Part shown: one piece after another, positions 16,802 through 24,765 of the stretch
Position numbering within the stretch: position 1 is the stretch's first letter
Layout: every line of letters starts with the position of its first letter
NCBI GenBank assembly: GCA_964402735.1
Contig: CAYODN010000001.1
Coordinates: 1 to 32,201, forward strand
Direction: 5' to 3'
Length of the DNA stretch: 32,201 nt
Origin: an uncultured Candidatus Peribacteria bacterium
GTDB lineage: Bacteria > Patescibacteriota > Gracilibacteria > UBA1369 > LOWO2-01-FULL-3
Notes under the pieces: model-generated
Database searches by the model: none
The model's input: only the letters and a program-made list of their open reading frames with translations
What the model was told of the DNA's origin: nothing
Made by a program: the position numbers and the translations under genes

Positions 16802-17221
16802 ATGGATGAATTCGAAAAAAAATATGGGTTTAAAGAGGATGAAAAAATTATAGCTTTTCATAAAAGCAGACGAATGTTTTGCATTTTTGAAAACAAATTA
16901 CACATTGCAGAGCCAAATCTGCCTTACTCACATGCGGTTTGGTTCGAAAAAGAAGGTTTTATTTCAAGAAATAATGATGATTTATTTGAAAATATTGTGA
17001 GAGGAATAGTCGATCAAAAGGGAGATATTTATTTTTATAGGGGTTTCGATTTTAAAGTCGATAAGGAAACGGAGTTGGGATTTTTTTCGCACCTTAAGGA
17101 TTTGGTCGAAAAGCTCTCGATTCAATCAAGCGCAAAAATTTTCGGAGGTATGAACAAGAAGTCGGCAGGACAACTCTGGTCGCCCCAAAAAGCATTTGGG
17201 GAAGTCAAAGATTATCTTTAG
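16802..17221 (+). CDS. Hypothetical protein
   Basis: 139-aa ORF filling the gap in the same-strand gene array. No motif recognised. Confidence 0.45.
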   Translation: MDEFEKKYGFKEDEKIIAFHKSRRMFCIFENKLHIAEPNLPYSHAVWFEKEGFISRNNDDLFENIVRGIVDQKGDIYFYRGFDFKVDKETELGFFSHLKDLVEKLSIQSSAKIFGGMNKKSAGQLWSPQKAFGEVKDYL

Positions 17222-17267
17222 ATCCCGACTTTAGATATTCACGGTAATTATTCAAACAATAATTCTC

Positions 17268-17618
17268 ATGCCAAAAACAATTTCAGAATATATCGAATCA
17301 CACCCAAAAGAAGTACAAACAAAATTAAACGAACTTCGAAAAACGATTCTTGAAATTGCTCCAACTGCTGAAGAAAAAATGACATATGGAATCCCCACGT
17401 TCAAACTTTCCGGCAATCTGGTACATTTTGCGGCTTTCAAAAATCATATCGGTTTTTACCCCACTCCTTCGGCAATAATACATTTCAAAAAAGAACTCAA
17501 AGTCTTTGAAACCTCAAAGGGCGCAATAAAGTTTCCGCTTGCAGAGGATATCCCAACGGACTTGGTCCGGAGAATTGTAAAATTTCGAGTCGAGGAAGAT
17601 AAACAAAATTCAAAATAA
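17268..17618 (+). CDS. DUF1801 (YdhG-like) domain protein
   Basis: 116 aa. ISEYIESHPKEVQTKLNELRKTILEIAP..EKMTYGIPTFKL.GNLVHFAAFKNHIGFYP is the typical DUF1801 pattern. Confidence 0.75.
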   Translation: MPKTISEYIESHPKEVQTKLNELRKTILEIAPTAEEKMTYGIPTFKLSGNLVHFAAFKNHIGFYPTPSAIIHFKKELKVFETSKGAIKFPLAEDIPTDLVRRIVKFRVEEDKQNSK

Positions 17619-17630
17619 ATGTAAACAAGT

Positions 17631-18104
17631 ATGAAAATAAAAAAAGTCTCAAACAAAGATGAATTAGATATATTAAAAGACAAGACCGCGCAATTTAATG
17701 ACCTGACTTTTTCATTTTCCGAGAAATATTTGATAGATTTGAAAATTTTACTTGATGAAAAAAACGCCTATCAGATTATTGCAAAGGATGATAATGATGA
17801 CTTTGTCGCATATATTGCCTCCGCAGAGAAAAACCTTAGACCTGGTTTTCTTTGGATAGTCGAACTCTTTGTTTTGCCTGCATATCAAGGAAAAGGCGTT
17901 GCCACCGAAATGATTTCAATGTGCATTAAAGAGGCAAAAAACAAAAAACTCAATGGTCTCATAACTCAAACCGAATTTAAAAATATTCCCGCTCAAAATT
18001 TATATAAAAAAATGGGATTTGTCGAAATAGATAATCCTGATTGGAAAGATGGCATTACATACAGGATAAGTTTCTCCAAATATCGATCGAAGCCTTTTAA
18101 ATAA
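17631..18104 (+). CDS. GNAT family N-acetyltransferase
   Basis: 157 aa. Motifs are VLPAYQGKGVATEMISMCIKEA and NIPAQNLYKKMGF. Confidence 0.8.
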   Translation: MKIKKVSNKDELDILKDKTAQFNDLTFSFSEKYLIDLKILLDEKNAYQIIAKDDNDDFVAYIASAEKNLRPGFLWIVELFVLPAYQGKGVATEMISMCIKEAKNKKLNGLITQTEFKNIPAQNLYKKMGFVEIDNPDWKDGITYRISFSKYRSKPFK

Positions 18105-18120
18105 TCCATAAATATTTCCC

Positions 18121-18753
18121 ATGCTCATAAATATTCCCTTTTACGAAAACAACGAAGATGGCAATCAATGTCTGCAGGTCGCGATGAAATCCGTTCTCAA
18201 ATATTTTTTTGATAAAGAATATTCACTAAATGAACTTGATAAATTGACTGGTCGAAAAGCTGGTTTTTGGACCTGGACGCCACAAATAGTGACTGTTCTT
18301 CATGATTTAGGATTGAAAGTTGAATATTATTCCAAAACCGATTTAAAACCCTTTCTTGAGGGTGAAGCATTTATTCGAAAACATTTCGGTAAGGATGCGG
18401 AAAAAATCCTTAAATATACTGATCTACCAGTTGTTTTAAAATCCATCACCAAGGTTCTTGATTATAATGTTTTTAAAAAAGAAAAATTGACCATTGAGGA
18501 TATCGAGGCACATTTAAAACAAGGACATATTCCAATGGCTACAATCGATCATAATAAAATAAGTGGGAAAAAGGGGCTTTATCAGGGGCATTTTGTTGTA
18601 ATTACAGGCTTCGATGAAGACCATGTTTTTTATCATGAATCCGGTCCCGATAATGCTGAAAGAAACAAGAAAGTGCCTAAGCCCACATTTATGGAAGCCT
18701 TTAACGCAAACGGAACAGATAATGATTTAGTGGTTGTCTATGGTAAAAACTAA
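18121..18753 (+). CDS. Peptidase C39-like (papain-fold) domain protein, stand-alone
   Basis: 210 aa. The candidate nucleophile context is DGNQCLQVAMKSVLKYF. The candidate His context is YQGHFVVITGFDEDHVFYHESG. There is no ABC-transporter fusion. Confidence 0.65.
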   Translation: MLINIPFYENNEDGNQCLQVAMKSVLKYFFDKEYSLNELDKLTGRKAGFWTWTPQIVTVLHDLGLKVEYYSKTDLKPFLEGEAFIRKHFGKDAEKILKYTDLPVVLKSITKVLDYNVFKKEKLTIEDIEAHLKQGHIPMATIDHNKISGKKGLYQGHFVVITGFDEDHVFYHESGPDNAERNKKVPKPTFMEAFNANGTDNDLVVVYGKN

Positions 18754-18757
18754 TCCT

Positions 18758-19255
18758 ATGCTAAAAATCCGCCCACATCTCGAAAAAGACGTCCCATACC
18801 GAGTTAAATGGTTGAATAATCCAAATGTGAACCGATTTATCGGAGACACAATCGGGCAAAAAACCAGTTTAATCAAACAAAAAGAGTGGTTTTCCGATTA
18901 CAAAAAATCAAAGAACAAACGCTTTTTTACGATTTGCGACGACACAAATCCTATAGGTTTTATGGGGTTCTCAAATATTAGTAAACAAAACAAAAATGCG
19001 GATATTTTTATTGCCATCGGTGAAGACGAATATAGAGGAAAAGGTTTTGGTAAACTATCGTTAAATTGGCTTATTGATTATGCTTTCAAAAAACTAAAAC
19101 TACATAAAATCAATTTGGGAGTAATAAAAGATAACGAACCGGCAGTAAAACTTTATAAATCTTTAGGTTTTAAAATTGAGGGTGAAATGAAGGAGGAAGT
19201 TTTTTATGAAGGTAAGTATTACGATTTTTTATCAATGGCCTTGTTTTTAACATAA
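18758..19255 (+). CDS. GNAT family N-acetyltransferase (RimL/PseH-like)
   Basis: Motifs are EYRGKGFGKLSLNWLIDYAF and NEPAVKLYKSLGFKIEG. I prefer ATG 18758 (MLKIRP) over the track's TTG 18734, which overlaps the previous gene. Confidence 0.85.
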   Translation: MLKIRPHLEKDVPYRVKWLNNPNVNRFIGDTIGQKTSLIKQKEWFSDYKKSKNKRFFTICDDTNPIGFMGFSNISKQNKNADIFIAIGEDEYRGKGFGKLSLNWLIDYAFKKLKLHKINLGVIKDNEPAVKLYKSLGFKIEGEMKEEVFYEGKYYDFLSMALFLT

Positions 19256-19296
19256 TTAAATTTTCCAAAAAAGCCATTCACATTTCGACCGATATT

Positions 19297-19368
19297 TACC
19301 GGGATTTTGGTTTTTGTATAAACTGCCTGGATTCCCGGTAATTTGACAGATATCCGTAATTCCCGGTA
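19297..19368. promoter_or_regulatory. Three copies of an ATTCCCGGTA(AT) motif around the operon promoter (putative operators)
   Basis: TACCGGGATT lies at 19297-19306 in inverted orientation (9/10 match). ATTCCCGGTAAT lies at 19331-19342, abutting the -35. ATTCCCGGTA lies at 19359-19368, spanning the spacer and the -10 edge. The direct copies are 28 bp apart, and the motif is an imperfect palindrome around CCGG. Confidence 0.45.
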
Positions 19369-19372
19369 TAAT
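19343..19372 (+). promoter_or_regulatory. Consensus sigma70-type promoter TTGACA-N18-TATAAT
   Basis: TTGACA is at 19343-19348 and TATAAT at 19367-19372. The ATG at 19379 starts 6 nt after the -10, implying a leaderless or near-leaderless mRNA. The ORF track's TTG start at 19343 is the -35 hexamer itself. Confidence 0.6.
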
Positions 19373-19378
19373 GTAAAC

Positions 19379-20338
19379 ATGAAAATACATATACCAAATA
19401 GCGTGTGGCTAGGAAATTTGGATCCGTTTTTGCAAGGATTCGATCCCCGCAATCCAGACAAACTGGAAATTACATTTAATAAAAAATGGATAGCGATTCA
19501 TCCGATGGTTTTATCAATGATCGCAGCTCTTGGTATAGACATAAAGCCTTCAAAAATAAAGTGTGAAAAATTGGAAGCCAGGTCCAAGCATTATTTGGAA
19601 AGGATGAAATTATTTGATTTTGTTAAGATAAAATCGGGAATTTCCATCAAAGAACACGATCCTTCAGGTCGATTTATTCCTCTCACTCAAATAAAGGATT
19701 CGGCATCTTTAACGGAATTCATTACCGAAGTTACTCCATTATTGCATCTGGGGCCAAAACATGCGGAACCAATCAGGTACATAATGAGTGAATTGATTAG
19801 AAACGTGCTTGAACATTCAATGTCAAAAAATGGAGCTATCGTTTCCGCTCAATATTATAAAAAAAGTAACACAATTAGAATCGGGATTGCGGATACTGGA
19901 ATTGGGATTTGGAAGTCGATAAACGAGTCCCACAATCCAAGAACCGATATTGATGCAATTCGAATGGCATTAACTCCCGGCATTACCGGAACAACAAGAA
20001 AAGAAGGTGGCACCGACCGAAATGCTGGAGCCGGGTTATTTTTCATTAAATCAATCGCTTCCGTAAATAGCGATTTTTTTGTGATTTACAGCGGAAACGC
20101 ATTGTACAAGTTGTTAAAGCGCAAAACGAAAAGAATCAAACTGGAGGCTGACCCTTTTAAGGATAGACATTCAAAAAGAAGCGATTTGCCAATTTGGAAA
20201 GGAACAATCGTTGGAATAGACTTGTCTTTGGACACCAGCCAAGAATTTTCCTTGTTATTGAGCTTGATGAATAAAACTTTAAGGGAAGCCATTAAAGAAA
20301 GAAAAAAAGAAAGATATAAAAAACCACTATTCACATGA
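19379..20338 (+). CDS. GHKL/HATPase_c ATP-binding protein (RsbW/SpoIIAB-like) with an uncharacterised N-terminal domain
   Basis: 319 aa from MKIHIPNS. The N-box is SELIRNVLEHS, G1 is IGIADTGIGI, and G2 is NAGAGLFFIKS. No DHp/H-box or TM segment was seen. The N-terminal ~130 aa contains YLERMKLFDF and GRFIPLTQI. Confidence 0.75.
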   Translation: MKIHIPNSVWLGNLDPFLQGFDPRNPDKLEITFNKKWIAIHPMVLSMIAALGIDIKPSKIKCEKLEARSKHYLERMKLFDFVKIKSGISIKEHDPSGRFIPLTQIKDSASLTEFITEVTPLLHLGPKHAEPIRYIMSELIRNVLEHSMSKNGAIVSAQYYKKSNTIRIGIADTGIGIWKSINESHNPRTDIDAIRMALTPGITGTTRKEGGTDRNAGAGLFFIKSIASVNSDFFVIYSGNALYKLLKRKTKRIKLEADPFKDRHSKRSDLPIWKGTIVGIDLSLDTSQEFSLLLSLMNKTLREAIKERKKERYKKPLFT

Positions 20339-20625
20339 TACAAATAAAACTTTTTAAAAAAGTCGGAGAATTTGCTGAAAACAAGGATATTGCCAGAGAT
20401 TTAAGATTAAAAAAACTTATTCCGGCACTAAAAAAAGGAGAAAAAATAGTACTTGATTTTGAAAACGTGGAAGGGGCAACACAATCTTTCATTCATGCTT
20501 TGATTAGCGATCTTTTTAGAAAGTTCGGAAACGAATTTTTGGATCTGGTTGAATTCAAGTCCTGTAATGATACGGTAAAAGCAATAATTTCAATTGTCGT
20601 AGACTATATGCAAGAAAGTATATGA
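20335..20625 (+). CDS. STAS-like domain protein (DUF4325-type)
   Basis: 96 aa. KIVLDFENVEGATQSFIHALISDLF matches my recollection of the DUF4325 core (v.lDF.gV..is.SF..el). An ATGA overlap links it to the upstream gene. Confidence 0.65.
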   Translation: MIQIKLFKKVGEFAENKDIARDLRLKKLIPALKKGEKIVLDFENVEGATQSFIHALISDLFRKFGNEFLDLVEFKSCNDTVKAIISIVVDYMQESI

Positions 20626-21215
20626 AAAATTATTCAAAATCCAACTTCCTCAAGAAAAATTTCTCCGCCCTTGGCGCGGTATTTGGCTTGATTTTTTATT
20701 TTTTGCTTTTTTGGTTTTTTGTTTCCGCCTTAAATCAAAATACAGATACGAATTATTTGGATGTTTTTCTCAAAATTTCCGGAATCGTTTTTCCGATCTC
20801 AATAAAAAACACGGTTTTCTTCCCGCAAATCATAGCCACACATTTATTATTAATGACAGTCTATGCGACGGTTTTTTCGTTCATGTTCAAAAAAATAAAC
20901 AAAGGCTTTACGGATAATCTGCCACTCAAGGGGGGAGTGATTGCCTCCGTTTTTTATCTCGTGTCTTTAATATTTGCATTTACGCTTATTTTGAACCTAA
21001 CGGAAGAACACGTGGACACCATAATTCTAATCTCACTATTCACGGGACACGCCTACCCGGTTTTGTCGACAAAAATTATGTCCTCATCCCCTTACATCTC
21101 TTTCTTCGGGGTACTTTTCATCATCACAACCATATATTTCATTGTAGGTGCCACAATCGGAAAACTAGTCGAAATTAGAAAAAGAAAAAGAACGGCAATC
21201 GCAAATAAAAAATAA
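20622..21215 (+). CDS. Multi-pass membrane protein (~6 TM), function unknown
   Basis: 197 aa. Six hydrophobic stretches include FSALGAVFGLIFYFLLFWFFVSAL, IIATHLLLMTVYATVFSFMF and ISFFGVLFIITTIYFIVGATIG. The tail is basic (RKRKRTAIANKK). An ATGA overlap links it to the upstream gene. Confidence 0.65.
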   Translation: MKNYSKSNFLKKNFSALGAVFGLIFYFLLFWFFVSALNQNTDTNYLDVFLKISGIVFPISIKNTVFFPQIIATHLLLMTVYATVFSFMFKKINKGFTDNLPLKGGVIASVFYLVSLIFAFTLILNLTEEHVDTIILISLFTGHAYPVLSTKIMSSSPYISFFGVLFIITTIYFIVGATIGKLVEIRKRKRTAIANKK

Positions 21216-21216
21216 A

Positions 21217-22608
21217 ATGAAACACATCCTCGTTAAAAACATCACAAAGAATAATTTAAAAAATTTTTCGGTAAAAATTCCGCTTGAAAGTCTGGTGGCA
21301 ATAGTAGGCCCGAGTGGAAGCGGAAAAACCACTCTTGTAGATGAAGTGCTATACGAAAATTCTCAGAAAAAAACTTGGGACATAAAGAACCTTCCTAAAA
21401 AAATCGATATATTAAAGCAAAAAGTTGATTTGCCGAAAACCGCTAAAAAAAGCCTTGGCGAGTATAATTTTGAAATTTTGAAAAAGAAACTTGCCTCGGT
21501 TTCAAAAGATGATTTGCTTGTACTGGACGAGCCTTGCGCCGGTTTTTGCATGGAAGAACGAAACACGATTTTAAAAATGTTGAAAGAAAAAGTGAAGAAA
21601 GGCTATTCGATTATCGCAGTGGAACACAACAAAGAGATTATTAAAAATGCCGATTACGTGATAGAACTCGGTCCCGGAGCCGGTAAATACGGAGGAAAAC
21701 TCATTTTTGAAGGAAATATCGATGAGTTTAAGAAATCGGGAACAATCACTGCAAAACACGTTTTTAAAAATTCAAAACCGGACACGCAAAACATTTCAGC
21801 ACCGAACAAAAAGAGTGTTACTATCTCAAAAATCTCGGAAAGGAATTTTAAGGATTTTTCATTTTCTTTTCCTGTGAAAAAAACGGTTTGCATCACGGGA
21901 TGTTCGGGTGCGGGAAAAACCACACTTTTGGACATAGCGTACAGATCGCTTTTTAAAGGCAGAAACGCTTGGAAAATTAAACTTAAATCAGTAAGCGTAT
22001 CCGGTAAATCCTTTATTAGAAGATCATATATAGTGCCTCAGTCACCAATAGGCGAAAACCCTTCAAGCACACTTGGCACATATACCAAAGTTTGGGACAA
22101 TATACGTAAAAATTTTGCCGACACTGCAATAAAAAAAGGACTTAAATTATCAAAATCGGATTTTTTGGCCGATAAAAAAATTCTTAGCGGAGAAAAAAAG
22201 TTTTCTCCTGAAGTTTTAAGCGTAAAAATTTCAGGGAAAAACATTAAAGATCTAATGGAGCTCACAATTGACGAAGCGCTTGATATATTCAAAAAAGACA
22301 CTTTGATTACCCGAAAACTAAAATTTTTGCAGGAGGTTGGTCTTGGCTATTTGGTGCTTGGTCAAAAATCGAGCACTTTAAGCGGAGGCGAGGCTCAAAG
22401 AGTTCGAATTGCAAACATTCTTTCCAAAAAACTCGGCGACAGATGTTTATACATTCTCGATACTCCCACAAGAGGGCTTCATCTCAAAGATATTCCGGTG
22501 TTGATCGATTCCTTCAAAAAAATTATCTACAAAAACAACACGATCTTAATCGCTGACAACAGAGAGGAAATTTTTCATTTCGTTGATTTTAGAATCGATC
22601 TTAAATAG
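21217..22608 (+). CDS. Truncated UvrA-lineage double-NBD ABC ATPase lacking all zinc modules (mini-UvrA)
   Basis: 463 aa. NBD-I has GPSGSGKTTL, LLVLDEPCAG, IIAVEHNKE and VIELGPGAGKYGGKLIFEGN. NBD-II has ITGCSGAGKTTLL, the UvrA-diagnostic IVPQSPIGENPSSTLGTYTKVWDNIRKNFA, LGQKSSTLSGGEAQRVRIA, and LYILDTPTRGLH. There are no CxxC pairs anywhere. The protein ends at FRIDLK, before the GPEGG motif. Confidence 0.85.
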   Translation: MKHILVKNITKNNLKNFSVKIPLESLVAIVGPSGSGKTTLVDEVLYENSQKKTWDIKNLPKKIDILKQKVDLPKTAKKSLGEYNFEILKKKLASVSKDDLLVLDEPCAGFCMEERNTILKMLKEKVKKGYSIIAVEHNKEIIKNADYVIELGPGAGKYGGKLIFEGNIDEFKKSGTITAKHVFKNSKPDTQNISAPNKKSVTISKISERNFKDFSFSFPVKKTVCITGCSGAGKTTLLDIAYRSLFKGRNAWKIKLKSVSVSGKSFIRRSYIVPQSPIGENPSSTLGTYTKVWDNIRKNFADTAIKKGLKLSKSDFLADKKILSGEKKFSPEVLSVKISGKNIKDLMELTIDEALDIFKKDTLITRKLKFLQEVGLGYLVLGQKSSTLSGGEAQRVRIANILSKKLGDRCLYILDTPTRGLHLKDIPVLIDSFKKIIYKNNTILIADNREEIFHFVDFRIDLK

Positions 22609-22692
22609 GCTATTGATTTTCCGACAAAATTTTACTTTTCCAATAAAATCAATTATTGTCGAGAAAATATATTTTTTATAAATCTTTAAACC

Positions 22693-23250
22693 ATGATTCT
22701 CTCCGACAAAGATATAAAAGACGCAATGAAAAGAGGGGATATTTTCGTTGATCCTTTCGATGAAAAGTTCCTCCAACCCGCCTCGGTAGATCTTCATTTG
22801 GACAAACATTTCCTCGTTTTCGATTCCAGCCAAAATTATGTGATAGACCCTAAAAAACCGATTGATCCATTGATGAAAGAAATTACCATTGATGAAGATC
22901 GCCCTTTTGTTTTGCATCCGGGCGAATTCGCACTTGGTCTTATTTATGAAACAACAGGCGTTTCCCCGAGATTTGTGGGAAGGCTTGAAGGAAAAAGCTC
23001 GGTTGGAAGAATGGGGCTTTTGATTCATATCACCGCAGGATTTCTTGATCCCGGAAACAGCCTTAAAATGACTCTTGAATTGCACAACACCGCAAACATG
23101 CCCGTGCTTTTATATTACAAAATGCCTATCGCTCAGATGGCCTTTGAGGAGCTTATGTCCGAATGTGAAAGGCCATATTCAAAACAATTGAACTGCAAAT
23201 ATGTTGGCGACATAAAGCCAAAAGCAAGCCAAATGTGGAAGAATTTTTAG
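22693..23250 (+). CDS. dcd: dCTP deaminase
   Basis: 185 aa. MILSDKDIKDAMKRGDIFVDPFDEKFLQPASVDLHLDKHF and GRLEGKSSVGRMGLLIHITAGFLDPGN..TLELHN match Dcd family hallmarks. Confidence 0.9.
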   Translation: MILSDKDIKDAMKRGDIFVDPFDEKFLQPASVDLHLDKHFLVFDSSQNYVIDPKKPIDPLMKEITIDEDRPFVLHPGEFALGLIYETTGVSPRFVGRLEGKSSVGRMGLLIHITAGFLDPGNSLKMTLELHNTANMPVLLYYKMPIAQMAFEELMSECERPYSKQLNCKYVGDIKPKASQMWKNF

Positions 23251-23322
23251 GCAAAATGTTCTACATGACTATAGGCCACAATAACCAATTTATAAAATTT
23301 ATATCGCGAAATAAAACTATCG

Positions 23323-24135
23323 ATGAAAATTGCTCTTGTTAATTTATGCAACCCTGAAGATTTTAAAAAACATTTGTATTACCAGGATGTTTTAGATTAT
23401 CTACACGAAGAAAAAATTGATTACCTCGATTTAGCATCCGGAAAGGATACACTTGAATCGCTAATTGATACTTTCAATCAATCACTTGATACTGATGCCG
23501 AGCTTTTTTGGTTTATTCGTGGAGGCTTTTCTTGTTTAAACGCATTGGATAAAATTGATTGGGAAAAGGTGACTTCCGGAAATAAAAAATTTTACGGTTT
23601 AAGTGATTTTACTCATTTCGCACACGAAGCGGTTGCAAAGGGTGTCAAATGTTTTTATGGTCAAGGCTTAACAAAAATTAAAAAACATTATCCAGAAAGA
23701 GCCGATCGAAATTTTATCACTGAATTTCTGAAAACCGGATCTCCAAATCCGGCCAAGGCTAAACCTCTTTTAAATGCAACAACAGATCTAGACCTTTCTC
23801 AAATACAAATTGCAGGCGGCCATATGGGCATTTTTGCATTCATGCAAAGTAATAATAAAATTGATTTATCAAATCGTCATTTGTTTTTGGAATACCACAG
23901 CTCAAGTCTGGAACCTCATCTTTTAAATTTAGACTATGAAGTTGATCATGTTTTATATTCAATCAAAGAAAACCTCCCCAAATCAATTATCTTGGGCCAA
24001 AGCCTAATCAGAAAAATCGACGGCACTTTTTACCCAGAAGAAGAGCTCACCGGCTCTATCCTTTCCAAGTTTTCCAAAACTTCTTTACCTGTGTATTATA
24101 TAAACCACTTCAATAATGTTATTCCCTTAAGTTGA
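23323..24135 (+). CDS. Peptidase S66 (LD-carboxypeptidase / MccF-like) family protein, divergent
   Basis: 270 aa. FIRGGFSCLNALDKIDWEKV..FYGLSDFTHF resembles the G(Y/L)SD nucleophile region. GGHMGIFAFMQ, LFLEYHS and the terminal INHFNNVIPL are in plausible positions for the Glu and His. Confidence 0.5.
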   Translation: MKIALVNLCNPEDFKKHLYYQDVLDYLHEEKIDYLDLASGKDTLESLIDTFNQSLDTDAELFWFIRGGFSCLNALDKIDWEKVTSGNKKFYGLSDFTHFAHEAVAKGVKCFYGQGLTKIKKHYPERADRNFITEFLKTGSPNPAKAKPLLNATTDLDLSQIQIAGGHMGIFAFMQSNNKIDLSNRHLFLEYHSSSLEPHLLNLDYEVDHVLYSIKENLPKSIILGQSLIRKIDGTFYPEEELTGSILSKFSKTSLPVYYINHFNNVIPLS

Positions 24136-24219
24136 AACTACACCTCAAAGTTTGCTCACGTTGGTCTATGAAATTTTTCTGAAATATACATAAAATATTA
24201 AATAACCCTAAAAATCATT

Positions 24220-24744
24220 ATGAAAACAATTTTTAGAAGCCTAGCTCATTTAATTTTTCAAACTAGAGCTTATAATAATAAAAAGATCAAACAATTTGCT
24301 AAAGGAATAAAATCGAAGAAAATTCTTGAGCTTGGAAGTGGAATAAAAGTAAAAGGCAAAGATTATTATTCAGCAAAACAATTTTTCGATGATAGTAATG
24401 ACTTTACTCAATCCGACATTGTCGAGGAATTCGGGCATAAAATTATAGATGTTACGACCATGAGTTTTACAAACGAGTATGACATAATTATTTGTATGAA
24501 TGTTTTGGAACATGTTTTTGAGTATGAAAAAGCCATATCAAATATTCACAAGGCTTTGAAGCCAAATGGTATTGCAATTATCTTAGTTCCTATGTTTTAT
24601 CCACTTCACGACGAACCAAATGATTTTTGGAGATTTACTGAACATTCTTTGAAAATTATTTTGGATGGTTTTAAAAAAATTAAGATTGAAAAAAAAGGAA
24701 TAAGACAATACCCTTTTGCATACTATATCGAAGCAAATAAATAA
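24220..24744 (+). CDS. Class I SAM-dependent methyltransferase
   Basis: 174 aa. Motif I is KILELGSGIK. Further motifs are DIIICMNVLEHV and LKPNGIAIILVP (Methyltransf_11-like). Confidence 0.8.
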   Translation: MKTIFRSLAHLIFQTRAYNNKKIKQFAKGIKSKKILELGSGIKVKGKDYYSAKQFFDDSNDFTQSDIVEEFGHKIIDVTTMSFTNEYDIIICMNVLEHVFEYEKAISNIHKALKPNGIAIILVPMFYPLHDEPNDFWRFTEHSLKIILDGFKKIKIEKKGIRQYPFAYYIEANK

Positions 24745-24765
24745 GACTTGAATTCAAGAAATTCT

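Noticed and set aside
19343-19378. ORF-track TTG start at 19343 for the GHKL ATPase gene
   Set aside because: The TTG is the first three bases of a consensus TTGACA -35 box, and the 12 extra codons cover the spacer and TATAAT. ATG 19379 is the credible start.
22546-23085. 179-aa minus-strand ORF
   Set aside because: It is antisense to dcd, whose translation matches dCTP deaminase hallmarks along its full length.
22693-23250. dcd as a phage-defence dCTP deaminase
   Set aside because: Its size and sequence match the housekeeping trimeric Dcd, with no extra kinase or sensor domain. It has its own intergenic spacer, so there is no evidence it belongs to the upstream operon.
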